The notes beneath the pieces were generated by a model. It did no database searches. It saw nothing but the letters and a program-made list of their open reading frames with translations, and had not been told where the DNA came from. Of a stretch of DNA of 64,000 nt, positions 10,348 to 19,678 are shown in pieces. The stretch comes from an uncultured Rikenellaceae bacterium. GTDB lineage: Bacteria > Bacteroidota > Bacteroidia > Bacteroidales > VadinHA17. Both the position numbers and the translations under genes were made by a program. Where the stretch lies: positions 200,868 to 264,867 of the forward strand of contig CAYXSM010000002.1 of NCBI GenBank assembly GCA_964466705.1. The letters run 5' to 3'. The stretch's first letter is position 1. Each line of letters starts with the position of its first letter.

Positions 10348-10569
10348 TTGAGGCGGATTTCATATAAGGAAGAAAACCTGAAAAGGACCAACAGGCTTTC
10401 GCTGATGCTCAATAACAGGGAAATAAAAGCATTTGGCATTTACTGCAGCCGTTACAGGGTTAAGAACAAATCTGAATTTCTCAGGGAAACAGTTATGAAA
10501 GCCATTCTCAAGAGGTTTGATGAAGAGTATCCATCACTCTGGGAAGATAATGAACCTTCTCTTTTTTAG
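10348..10569 (+). CDS. Small conserved Bacteroidota protein, ribbon-helix-helix-like
   Basis: LMLNNREIKAF..YC..Y.VKNKSEFLRETVMKAILKRFDEEYPSL pattern (beta strand then two helices); TTG start uncertain. Confidence 0.65.
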   Translation: MRRISYKEENLKRTNRLSLMLNNREIKAFGIYCSRYRVKNKSEFLRETVMKAILKRFDEEYPSLWEDNEPSLF

Positions 10570-10710
10570 AGGAAATAATCTGAGGCAGGATACTTAACCA
10601 TGGGATTATTATTCAATTGAGAGCACATTTTTGTGTAGCTACCAACACTTTCCTGCAATTTTTACGTTTACTTAAAGAGAAAGGAAAGATATAAATCCGC
10701 TTTTCTGTTA

Positions 10711-11136
10711 ATGAAGCTGTTCAAAAAATACGTAACCAGGCCCACCAGAAGAACTCCTGCAGTATTGCTGGAAGCGGGCAGGATTATTATAACCGGCAGA
10801 TCGATATCGGAAAATCCGCGTGAATTCTACCGGCCTGTTTACGAATGGATCAGAGAGTATGTCAATGCAGATCATACCATGACATCAGTAGAGTTTGGGT
10901 TTGAATATATTAATACAAGCTCCACCAAATGGATTTACAACATTATCAAATTATTATCTGGGGTGGAAGATATTTCCGAAAGGGTGAAAGTTATTTGGTA
11001 TCATGAGAGAGGTGATGATGACATGAATGAACTGGGGTTGATACTGATGTCGCTGGTTGAATGTCCTTTTGATATAGTGGAAGTAGCTGAGATGAAAAAA
11101 ATCGCCGGGGATCCGGTTTTTCTGAAAACCCTGTGA
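10711..11136 (+). CDS. SiaC family (DUF1987) regulatory phosphoprotein
   Basis: TRRTP, GRSISENPREFY, EYINTSSTK, WYHERGDDDM motifs. Confidence 0.85.
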   Translation: MKLFKKYVTRPTRRTPAVLLEAGRIIITGRSISENPREFYRPVYEWIREYVNADHTMTSVEFGFEYINTSSTKWIYNIIKLLSGVEDISERVKVIWYHERGDDDMNELGLILMSLVECPFDIVEVAEMKKIAGDPVFLKTL

Positions 11137-11192
11137 ACAATTCTGCAGGATGACCTCCTGAATCATTGGCCGGGTATATATAAAAATTTTTC

Positions 11193-11200
11193 TAATTTTG
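11193..11200 (+). promoter_or_regulatory. Bacteroidota -7 promoter box for tRNA-Gln
   Basis: TAATTTTG, 14 nt upstream of the tRNA. Confidence 0.55.
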
Positions 11201-11214
11201 CATCATCATTATAA

Positions 11215-11287
11215 TGACCCATGGTGTAATTGGTAACACATCGGATTTTGGTTCCGCAGAGTCCTGGTTCGAGCCCAGGTGGGTCAA
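11215..11287 (+). tRNA. tRNA-Gln(TTG)
   Basis: TGACCCATGGTGTAATTGGTAACACATCGGATTTTGGTTCCGCAGAGTCCTGGTTCGAGCCCAGGTGGGTCAA cloverleaf; anticodon TTG. Confidence 0.95.
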
Positions 11288-11302
11288 CAGAAAAATTTAA
11301 GT

Positions 11303-11343
11303 AAATCCCTGAATAATTATTACTTACAGGGATTTCACTTTTT
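11303..11343 (+). terminator. Hairpin and T-tract after tRNA-Gln (terminator, possibly att-associated)
   Basis: aaatccctg (11303-11311) / cagggattt (11327-11335), then cacttttt. Confidence 0.6.
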
Positions 11344-11404
11344 ATGACTAAAAAATAACTGAAAACGATCCAATTTTAACGGTCGTTTTAATAATTCTTA
11401 GATT

Positions 11405-11614
11405 TCAATTTTGCCAAACAGTTAATTTACCATTTTCAAAGTAAAGATATGTATCCTGATTATTGTAGATCCATTGTTCATTTACACCCCATTTACCAGC
11501 TGTCATATTAATTTTGTCTGGTTTACCCCGGCTTTCAATAGCCATCTTAATTGACATTCCAATCCATATGTTGCAATTCATAATCTTATGGGCAACTAAT
11601 TCGTCATATTTCTG
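11405..11614 (-). pseudogene. 5'-truncated remnant of a DUF2845/SmpA-OmlA-like domain gene
   Basis: Hand translation QKYDELVAHKIMNCNIWIGMSIKMAIESRGKPDKINMTAGKWGVNEQWIYNNQDTYLYFENGKLTVWQN* matches the IWIGM..M...WG.P..IN......EQW.Y...YLYFENG.L pattern; in-frame stop immediately upstream; absent from the ORF track. Confidence 0.65.
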
Positions 11615-11948
11615 TTAACCGTTTTCAGATTATAAAAGCTGGAATACAGCAGGTTTAAGCATAAGTCGATATACCGGGAGAGGGAATCAACGTACAATCA
11701 TTTCAATTCATAACTGTTGCCGGCGCTCAGGTTTATTATTGCAGCTGATATTATAGTCACGGTCAGATACCCAACATTTGAAGAGAATGTCACCCTGGCC
11801 AGTATCGCGGTCATCAGAACGGTAAAGAGCTACTTTCCGGAAAAATACTTGATAAATTAAATAAAAATGATTATATTATAAGGAATCAGTCTAATTCACT
11901 AAACGTTGCAAGCTGATATTTCTCAATTAACCTTTAAATTATAAAACG

Positions 11949-12224
11949 ATGAGTACAAAAGAAAAAGTAAAAAAACAGATTGAAGAAATGGACGACCAGA
12001 TTGGTATTTGGGAAGCCAAAATTGAAAAGGCAAAAGCAGAAGCCAAAGTCCAGTATAAAGAGAAGCTGGCTTCCTTGAAGGCCAAAAGAAATGAAGTGAA
12101 GGCCAAGTATGACGAGCTGGCTGATTCAACAGAAGAAAAATGGGAAGAAGCTAAGGATGTATTTTCTTCAGCTTCTGAATCTTTCAAGGAAGGATTTAAC
12201 AAGCTTAAATCTTTGTTTAATTAA
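11949..12224 (+). CDS. Small coiled-coil stress protein (sll1863-like)
   Basis: Charged helical protein, KAKAEAKVQY...EEKWEEAKD...F pattern. Confidence 0.7.
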   Translation: MSTKEKVKKQIEEMDDQIGIWEAKIEKAKAEAKVQYKEKLASLKAKRNEVKAKYDELADSTEEKWEEAKDVFSSASESFKEGFNKLKSLFN

Positions 12225-12343
12225 ACGGGAAAGTCGATTTTTCAGGCCACCCAAACCGTAGCCTGAAAATGCCAGTAATAAATCTGTTAATAATAAAAGT
12301 CATCTATTATTAAATTACATTTCATCAACTAAAAAGCCAAATT

Positions 12344-13105
12344 TTGAAACGTCTTGAAAACAAAACAGTAATAATTACCGGTGGCGCAGGTGGAATTGGC
12401 AGTGCCACATCCAAAAGGATGATTGACAAAGGCGCAAAGGTTCTGATCACTGATTTGGATGAAGATGGCTTGAAAAAAGTTTCAGAAGAAATAAACTCAC
12501 CTGATTTGTATTACATTACTGCTGATGTAACTGCTGAAAAACAGGTAAAAGTTTATGCTGAAGAGGCTAAATGGCTTTCCGGACATGTTGACGTTTTTTT
12601 TAATAATACCGGTACAGAAGGAGAGGTAAAACCGCTGGATGAATATTCGTTGGACTTATACAACACAGTAATAGCGGTGAATTTACACGGTGTATATTAT
12701 GGTTTACGCCATGTATTTCCTTTTATGAAGGGAAAGGATGGTTCTTTCATCATTACTTCGTCAGTTAAGGGAATGACAGGCAAAGCCAGTGTGTTGCCCT
12801 ATGTGGCGGGTAAATATACGAACAATGGTATGATGCGTTTGGAAGTTCTTGAGGGAGCACCAAACAAAATCAGGGTAAATACAATTAATCCTGAGCCTGT
12901 TGACAACCCGATGATGCGTTCACTGGAAGAAGGTTTTACCCCGGGAGAAACAAAAGCTGCAAAGCAGTATTTGGAGAAATCCATGCCACTGGGCCGCTAT
13001 GCAAAGAATGAAGACATTACCGCACTGGCATTATTTCTGGCCAGCGATGAAAGCAGCTTCATTACCGGAACCGTCAATCCTACTGAGGGCGGCATGACTG
13101 CATAA
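12344..13105 (+). CDS. SDR family oxidoreductase, possibly degenerating
   Basis: TGGAGGIG and YVAGK present, but NNAG reads NNTG, PG reads PE and VDGG reads TEGG; TTG start. Confidence 0.75.
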   Translation: MKRLENKTVIITGGAGGIGSATSKRMIDKGAKVLITDLDEDGLKKVSEEINSPDLYYITADVTAEKQVKVYAEEAKWLSGHVDVFFNNTGTEGEVKPLDEYSLDLYNTVIAVNLHGVYYGLRHVFPFMKGKDGSFIITSSVKGMTGKASVLPYVAGKYTNNGMMRLEVLEGAPNKIRVNTINPEPVDNPMMRSLEEGFTPGETKAAKQYLEKSMPLGRYAKNEDITALALFLASDESSFITGTVNPTEGGMTA

Positions 13106-13149
13106 ACCAATTGTTAAACTGTAAATATTTAACTAAAATCTTATATAAA

Positions 13150-14010
13150 ATGAAAACACTAGCTTATTTAATTGACGAAATTGACAAATCCAAAGAATTG
13201 ATTCGCTTTGCAGCATTGTTTGCCAAAGATATCAAGGCGAACCTTCATGTTTTGTATGTTCAGTATCCACATGTCTATGGTACCAGTAGTTACATGGGTG
13301 CGTCGGGTGCTTCGGTTGCAGGATACCCCTCGCAGCTTCAAAATATTGCCAATGAGGTTAAAGAGAAAGTTGCCGGATTTATTAAAGAAATTAAAACAGA
13401 ACACTCCGTAACCTCCTCCATTGAATTTAAGTCTGAGATAGGCGCTGCACCAGCAATAATCAAAGCAAAAGTTGAAAACAATGAATATGACATGGTAATG
13501 CTTCAGGGCCAGACTGAGCAAAGTTTCTGGATGCAAAATTCTACTATTATGGATATTGTCAGAAATGTACCTTGTCCAGTCTGGATCATACCGCCAGATG
13601 CCAGGTATCAACCCTTAAAAAGAATCATTTACGCCACAGATTACAACGAGGAAGACATATCAACACTAAAAAGCCTGATTGAGTTGACAAAACCTTTTGA
13701 GCCGGATATCTTAGCGCTGCACATCTCGGATGATGATAAGTTTGAGATAAAACTGAAAAGTGAGGGCTTTGCCGAGATTCTTAATAAAAAAACAGGTTCC
13801 AACAATATTTCTCTTAAGTTGATAGCCGACAAGGAAGGAACAGATGCTGTTGAAATTCTTGTAAGAGAAGCTGAAAAAGCAAAAGCAAATCTCCTGGTGG
13901 TGTTAAAAGAAAACAGAAACTTTTTTGAGCGTTTATTTAAGAGTAGTTTTACGGCAGAACTTGTTAAGAGTTCTCAATTGCCCGTACTGGTTTTTCACAA
14001 AGCGAACTAA
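13150..14010 (+). CDS. Universal stress protein (tandem Usp domains)
   Basis: VRNVPCPVWIIP, IIYATD, FFERLFKSSFT...PVLVF. Confidence 0.9.
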   Translation: MKTLAYLIDEIDKSKELIRFAALFAKDIKANLHVLYVQYPHVYGTSSYMGASGASVAGYPSQLQNIANEVKEKVAGFIKEIKTEHSVTSSIEFKSEIGAAPAIIKAKVENNEYDMVMLQGQTEQSFWMQNSTIMDIVRNVPCPVWIIPPDARYQPLKRIIYATDYNEEDISTLKSLIELTKPFEPDILALHISDDDKFEIKLKSEGFAEILNKKTGSNNISLKLIADKEGTDAVEILVREAEKAKANLLVVLKENRNFFERLFKSSFTAELVKSSQLPVLVFHKAN

Positions 14011-14141
14011 CTCTTTCAAAAAATATAACACAAACCAAGAAACAGGAGATCTTTAAAAGAGTTGTCGTAATATTGTAAAATTACATACAATGAATATAAT
14101 ATGAACTAATGGTCAATCAGGCAGAGAAAGAAAATACTACC

Positions 14142-14351
14142 ATGAAAACGGGTACTAATATCTACGTATCGGAAGACAATATCAGAAAAAGAGCTTATGA
14201 GATCTGTTTTGAGCCTGGGAATATGTATACGCCACCCGAAGCTGACTGGCTGAAACCTGAGGCAGAATTAAGAAATGCTTCATACAAAAGAAACGGGAGG
14301 AAAGTCATTAACAACCAGTTAAATAACATAATCAATTTAATCGAAATCTAA
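14142..14351 (+). CDS. DUF2934-like small protein, degenerate
   Basis: EDNIRKRAYEI....DWLKPEAEL resembles IR.RAYE.W...G...DW..AE.EL. Confidence 0.55.
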   Translation: MKTGTNIYVSEDNIRKRAYEICFEPGNMYTPPEADWLKPEAELRNASYKRNGRKVINNQLNNIINLIEI

Positions 14352-14365
14352 AGTAATTAAACCGG

Positions 14366-15127
14366 ATGGAGAAAATAGGATTAGCCCTGGGCGGCGGAGC
14401 AGTTTTAGGCGCCGCCCATATCGGCGTAATTAGAGCATTAGAGGAAATTGATGTTGAAATAAGTTTTGTTACAGGTACCAGTATAGGTGCATTTGTCGGG
14501 GCTTTGTATGCATTTGGAAATACATCGAAGAACATTGAGGAAATAGCGCTTGAGTTAAGCTGGACGGATATATCCGGAATTGCAATTTTTGAAAGCGGAT
14601 TATTATCCAATGCTAAGCTGGGTAAGCTTCTAGAGAAAAGCCTGGGCGAAAAGAAAATAGAAGATGCTGACATACCTCTTGCCGTTATAGCTACCGACAT
14701 CGTTAACGGAGATAAAGTTGTTTTGGACAAAGGACGCGTGGCGCAAGCTGTAATGGCAAGTACTTGTATTCCAGGGGTTTTCAGCCCCGTCGAACTTGAT
14801 GACAAACTACTGGTAGATGGAGGAATTGTAGAAAACATACCCATTGATACCGCAAAGAACATGGGAGCTGATTATGTAATAGGTGTTGATTTAAACGCCA
14901 ACAAAACCTACCATAAGCCCGACAGCATACTTGATGTGATTATCAACAGCTTTCACTTCACCCTGAAAGCAGCATCCAGATTTCAGACAAAAGATGCCAA
15001 CCTGTTGATCACACCAGACCTGTCAAAATTTAATATGGTAAGCACAGACCAGATCAAAGACCTGATAGAACAAGGCTATAAAGAAGGAAAAGAACAGTTG
15101 AAAAAGGCTGATTTACACATAAGGTAA
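14366..15127 (+). CDS. Patatin-like phospholipase (RssA/NTE family)
   Basis: LALGGGAVLGAAHIG, GTSIG nucleophile, VDGG. Confidence 0.92.
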   Translation: MEKIGLALGGGAVLGAAHIGVIRALEEIDVEISFVTGTSIGAFVGALYAFGNTSKNIEEIALELSWTDISGIAIFESGLLSNAKLGKLLEKSLGEKKIEDADIPLAVIATDIVNGDKVVLDKGRVAQAVMASTCIPGVFSPVELDDKLLVDGGIVENIPIDTAKNMGADYVIGVDLNANKTYHKPDSILDVIINSFHFTLKAASRFQTKDANLLITPDLSKFNMVSTDQIKDLIEQGYKEGKEQLKKADLHIR

Positions 15128-15151
15128 ACTATTTAAGCTGTCAGGCGATGA

Positions 15152-15310
15152 AATATCCTGGACACAAAACAGAGGAAATTTCGCACCCTGTTTAATTCTG
15201 CCGATCCGGTATGGAAATGAAAACATCTCCTGCCGGTGGAGTCTGAAAATGACACGGCCTTCCAAATACCTCCTGAATCCACAGCAATTTATTCAAAAAA
15301 AGATGTATTA
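15152..15310 (+). pseudogene. Probable 3' remnant of treZ (malto-oligosyltrehalose trehalohydrolase)
   Basis: Frame from 15161 reads DTKQRKFRTLFNSADPVWK*KHLLPVESENDTAFQIPPESTAIYSKKDV, resembling (from recall) the Bacteroidota TreZ C-terminus L.SADP.W.G...I.PES..IY; internal stop at 15218; abuts the treY start. Confidence 0.45.
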
Positions 15311-18300
15311 TCCGATCAGCACATATCGCTTGCAGTTCCAAAAACAATTCGGTTTTAAAGATGCCAGTAAACTTTTGGCGTATTTTGATAAACTCGGAAC
15401 AGGAACTATTTATGGTTCACCGGTTTTTGAGGCTGTTCCGGGCAGTGTGCATGGTTATGACGTCATTAATCCGCATAATATCAGCCCCGAAATAGGAACA
15501 CGCGAAGAATTAGAGTTGCTGTGTGAAAAATTTAAAAAGAAACATATCGGGTGGTTGCAGGATATTGTTCCCAATCATGTGGCATATGACACAGGTAATC
15601 CTTGGTTGGCCGACGTGTTGGAGAAAGGCAGGCAGTCCCCGTACTCCGGTTATTTCGACATCAGGTGGTCAACCAATGAACCTTTAATGGCCCCATTCCT
15701 GGGTATTGAGTTGAACAGTGCCATTAGGAAAGGAATTATAAGACTGATTTTTAAAAAAGGGCGCTTAGTTTTTAATGTTTACGAACAGGATTACCCGGTC
15801 AATCCAACCTTATATAGTAAAATATTACAAAGTGAACTTTCCACAGCCCATTCCGCGTTCCACAAATTATCTGATAATATTTCCAAACTAACCGGCAAGG
15901 CGAATGCTTATAAATCTTGGGAATTGTATAAAAAAAGCCTCTCAGACGCCGCTTCTGATCCAGGAATTCGAGGATACATAAATTCATGCCTGGAAAGGAT
16001 AAACAAATCGGATACATCTCTCCGTGAACTCCTAAACGAACAAGCTTACCAGTTATGCAACTGGCAGCTTGCACATCAAAAAATCAATTACCGGCGCTTT
16101 TTTACAGTGAATGGACTGATTTGCCTGAATATCCAGAACAAAGAAGTTTTCGATGCTTATCACCCAACAATCCTTAAAATGGTTCAGAAGGGCTTTTTTC
16201 AGGCATTGCGCATCGATCATATAGATGGTTTGTATGATCCGGCAGAATACCTTGACAGGTTGAGAAAGGCTGCCGGAAATGAAGCCTACATTGTTGTTGA
16301 AAAAATCCTGGCACACGATGAAGTGATTCCAAATAACTGGCCTGTTCAGGGAGAAACCGGCTATGGTTTTTTGGCAGCAGTAAATAATGTACTTACAAAT
16401 AGCCAAAGTGAAAAGCAGTTTACAGACTTTTATAAAAGTATAAGCAGGAACAGTGAACCTGTTTCACGACAGATAAAATCGGGAAAGGAATTTATTCTCT
16501 GCCAAAGAATGGCAGGTGAGCTTGAAAACCTGTTCCTGGACCTGAAACATGCCCTGAAATCACTGAAAATAGACATTGCATATATTGATCCAAAAAAAAT
16601 CAAAAAAGCAATTGGGGCTTTTTTAATTGAGTTTCCGGTTTACAGATTTTATGGCAGGGAAATGCCGCTAACATCTAATGAAGCCAAGGCTATTTCTGAT
16701 ATTTTTGATTCCATAGTTAAATCTCAGGCATACCTGGGTGAAGCTGCCATTCTGCTAAAACAGCTACTTCTTGAAAAGACGGGGAAAGGCAACCATGTTT
16801 TCGATGAGAGGATGCAACACTTTTACCACCGGCTGATGCAAATGACCGGGCCATTAATGGCAAAAGGAGTTGAAGATACCTTAATGTATAGCTACAACCG
16901 GTTTATATGCCATAATGAGGTTGGCGATTCACCAGAACGTTTCGGGATAAGTATAGCTTCCTGGCACTCAACGATGAAGCAGAGGCAGGAGAGAAATCCC
17001 ATGACCATGAATGCTACATCAACACATGACACCAAAAGAGGAGAGGATGTCAGGGCACGGCTCAATGTGCTCAGCTGTATACCTGTTGAGTGGCTCCGGG
17101 CGGTGAGTGAGTATATGAGGCTTAACAGTGAACTGAAAAATGACGGTATGCCTTCGCCGGAAGATGAATATTTTATTTATCAGACACTTACCGGTATGTT
17201 TCCTATGCCCGGTGAAAGGGAAGTCGATATTGAAGAAAGACTAAGGATATATATTCGCAAGGCCCTTCGCGAGGCCAAGGTGCACAGTAACTGGGTCAGC
17301 CCTGCTTATATATATGAACAGGCAGCAATAGATTTTACCCTTGCCCTGTTAAAAAAGAGCTGTCCTTTTCGCAGGGTTTTTGATAAAATGCATCTTAAGA
17401 TTTCAGATTTCGGTATTGTCAATTCATTATCCCAGCTAATACTCAAATGTACAAGCCCGGGAATACCCGATATATATCAGGGCACCGAGCTGTGGGACCT
17501 CAGCCTGGTTGATCCCGATAACAGAAGACCAGTTGATTATCATAAAATAAAGCGCTTGCTGGGAGAGATAGATTTCCTGAAGGAAGATAATACCCGCAGG
17601 GCTGGTGATGTGCTGTGGAAAGAAAGGTATAATGGCAAGATCAAACTATGGCTTACACAGATCCTGCTGTCATACCGGAGGACAAAACAGGATTTGTTCC
17701 TGCATGGCGATTATATATCACTGGATACATCCGGAACCTACAAAAATAATGTGCTTGCCTATGCCAGGAAGTACAGAAACAGCTGGCTGATAGTTGTGGT
17801 ACCTCTGTATTTGCCTGTTATCTGCAAAGGCGATGAGAAGATGATCAAAAGATTTGACTGGCAGGATACTTCTGTATTATTACCCCCTAATGCCCCGGGA
17901 GAATGGACTGACCTGACAGATGAAAAGAATAAGGTAAAGACAGAAAGGGATATCCGTCCAGAAAGAAAATCATTTATAAAAGTGAATAAGCTCTTTCAAG
18001 TCATACCCCTGGCTGTTATAAATGCAGAGAAAGAGGAAACAGGCAGAAAAGCGGGCATACTTTTACATATAAGCTCACTGCCGGGCGGCTATGCTACAGG
18101 TGATATGGGACCGGAAGCATATTCCTTTGCGCGGTTTCTATGCCGCAGCGGACAGAAATACTGGCAGATTCTGCCCCTTAATCCCACTGATGAAAAGAAT
18201 GGATTCTCTCCCTACGCATCGAACTCGGCCATGGCAGGCAATATATTGCTTATAAGCCCTGAAAGGCTGGTTGAGCAGGAGTTGCTGCCGGCAAATGAAA

Positions 18301-19541
18301 TAGAAAATGTATTTACCGGCAAGGCGGGTAAAGCCTCCTTTAAGGAGGCCCTTAAATTGAAGGAACGGTTGCTTTCTGTTACCTGGAATCGTTATCTGGA
18401 AAAAGGGTACCAAAACTATACACTTTCTTTTGATGAGTTTTGTGAGAGAGAATCATACTGGCTCGATGATTATGGAATGTATGTAATATTGAAAGATCTG
18501 CATAAAAACCTGCCCTGGTATAAATGGCCCGCTAAATATAAGAAAAGATATCAGCCAGCACTGGATGCCCTCCGTGATGATTATGCCGGCAGCCTTGGCA
18601 AAGTAAAATGGTGCCAGTACTTGTTCTTTATACAGTGGAAGGAACTGAAAGATTACTGCAGACAACTAGATATTGAGCTCTTTGGTGATATGCCTATTTA
18701 TATCAGCCATGATTCGGTTGATGTATGGACTAATCCCAGGATCTTCAGTATCGATGAAGAAGGGAAACCTCTGGCTGTGGCCGGTGTGCCACCTGACTAC
18801 TTTAATGAGAATGGTCAGCTGTGGGGCATGCCGGTTTTCAACTGGGATGCTATGAAAGAAAACGGCTATGCCTGGTGGAAGAAGCGAATAAAAAGGAACC
18901 TGGAATTGTTCGATCTGATACGTTTTGACCATTTCAGGGCCTTCTCTGCTTACTGGTCGGTGCCTGCCCACCTTAAAACAGCCAGGGATGGTGAATGGAA
19001 GCAGGGCCCGGGGATGGACCTATTTCATGCTCTGGCAGATGAATTCGGCACATTGCCTTTTGTTGCGGAAGATCTGGGTGATATAGACGAGCCGGTGCAT
19101 ATACTGAGACGCAAGGCCGGCATACCAGGAATGAAAGTTTTGCAGTTTGCCTTTGGTGATAATATGCCAGTGGCCGAAAATATACCTCACAATTTCACAT
19201 ACGACACCTTTGTATATACAGGTACGCATGATAATAATACCACTGCAGGATGGTATAAGAAAGAAACTTCCTCTGCCGACCGTAAACGATTATCCGCATA
19301 CATTGGCCACAGGGTGAAAAAAGATAATATACACCGGGTTCTTACACGTCTGGCATATGCATCAGTCTCACAGGCTGTGATAATACCTTTGCAGGATGTG
19401 CTGGGGCTGGGCGAAGAGGCTGTAATGAATGTACCGGGTCGCAGTGAAGGCAACTGGACCTGGAGGATGAAAAAGGGTATGACAGATCAAGACATTTCCG
19501 CATACCTGTATGAGATAACAGAAACCTATGGCAGATTATAA
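15303..19541 (+). CDS. treY: Fused malto-oligosyltrehalose synthase (GH13 TreY) and 4-alpha-glucanotransferase (GH77 MalQ)
   Basis: STYRLQ, HGYDV, DIVPNH, NYRRFF, RIDHIDGL, TSTHDTKRGED; then GILLHISSLP, WQILPL, GVPPDYF, RFDHFR, AEDLG, YTGTHDNNT in one frame. Confidence 0.93.
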   Translation: MYYPISTYRLQFQKQFGFKDASKLLAYFDKLGTGTIYGSPVFEAVPGSVHGYDVINPHNISPEIGTREELELLCEKFKKKHIGWLQDIVPNHVAYDTGNPWLADVLEKGRQSPYSGYFDIRWSTNEPLMAPFLGIELNSAIRKGIIRLIFKKGRLVFNVYEQDYPVNPTLYSKILQSELSTAHSAFHKLSDNISKLTGKANAYKSWELYKKSLSDAASDPGIRGYINSCLERINKSDTSLRELLNEQAYQLCNWQLAHQKINYRRFFTVNGLICLNIQNKEVFDAYHPTILKMVQKGFFQALRIDHIDGLYDPAEYLDRLRKAAGNEAYIVVEKILAHDEVIPNNWPVQGETGYGFLAAVNNVLTNSQSEKQFTDFYKSISRNSEPVSRQIKSGKEFILCQRMAGELENLFLDLKHALKSLKIDIAYIDPKKIKKAIGAFLIEFPVYRFYGREMPLTSNEAKAISDIFDSIVKSQAYLGEAAILLKQLLLEKTGKGNHVFDERMQHFYHRLMQMTGPLMAKGVEDTLMYSYNRFICHNEVGDSPERFGISIASWHSTMKQRQERNPMTMNATSTHDTKRGEDVRARLNVLSCIPVEWLRAVSEYMRLNSELKNDGMPSPEDEYFIYQTLTGMFPMPGEREVDIEERLRIYIRKALREAKVHSNWVSPAYIYEQAAIDFTLALLKKSCPFRRVFDKMHLKISDFGIVNSLSQLILKCTSPGIPDIYQGTELWDLSLVDPDNRRPVDYHKIKRLLGEIDFLKEDNTRRAGDVLWKERYNGKIKLWLTQILLSYRRTKQDLFLHGDYISLDTSGTYKNNVLAYARKYRNSWLIVVVPLYLPVICKGDEKMIKRFDWQDTSVLLPPNAPGEWTDLTDEKNKVKTERDIRPERKSFIKVNKLFQVIPLAVINAEKEETGRKAGILLHISSLPGGYATGDMGPEAYSFARFLCRSGQKYWQILPLNPTDEKNGFSPYASNSAMAGNILLISPERLVEQELLPANEIENVFTGKAGKASFKEALKLKERLLSVTWNRYLEKGYQNYTLSFDEFCERESYWLDDYGMYVILKDLHKNLPWYKWPAKYKKRYQPALDALRDDYAGSLGKVKWCQYLFFIQWKELKDYCRQLDIELFGDMPIYISHDSVDVWTNPRIFSIDEEGKPLAVAGVPPDYFNENGQLWGMPVFNWDAMKENGYAWWKKRIKRNLELFDLIRFDHFRAFSAYWSVPAHLKTARDGEWKQGPGMDLFHALADEFGTLPFVAEDLGDIDEPVHILRRKAGIPGMKVLQFAFGDNMPVAENIPHNFTYDTFVYTGTHDNNTTAGWYKKETSSADRKRLSAYIGHRVKKDNIHRVLTRLAYASVSQAVIIPLQDVLGLGEEAVMNVPGRSEGNWTWRMKKGMTDQDISAYLYEITETYGRL

Positions 19542-19678
19542 CAGATAAAATATAAACCGGAAATTAGGAATTATAAGACATTTGCCATAGTACTATAGCC
19601 AACCGTTTTGTATACAGGCTAAAAATGCGCTGGCGGGACAGTCTTCATAAATTAAAATACAATTCTGAGGAGGAGTTT

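Noticed and set aside
14332-14862. 176-aa antisense ORF over patatin, and similar shadow ORFs throughout the window
   Set aside because: Antisense shadows of well-supported genes, with Ser/Pro-rich nonsense composition.
19542-19678. attR duplicate of the tRNA-Gln 3' end closing the islet
   Set aside because: No copy of the tRNA 3' sequence was found here, so the island boundary is unsupported.
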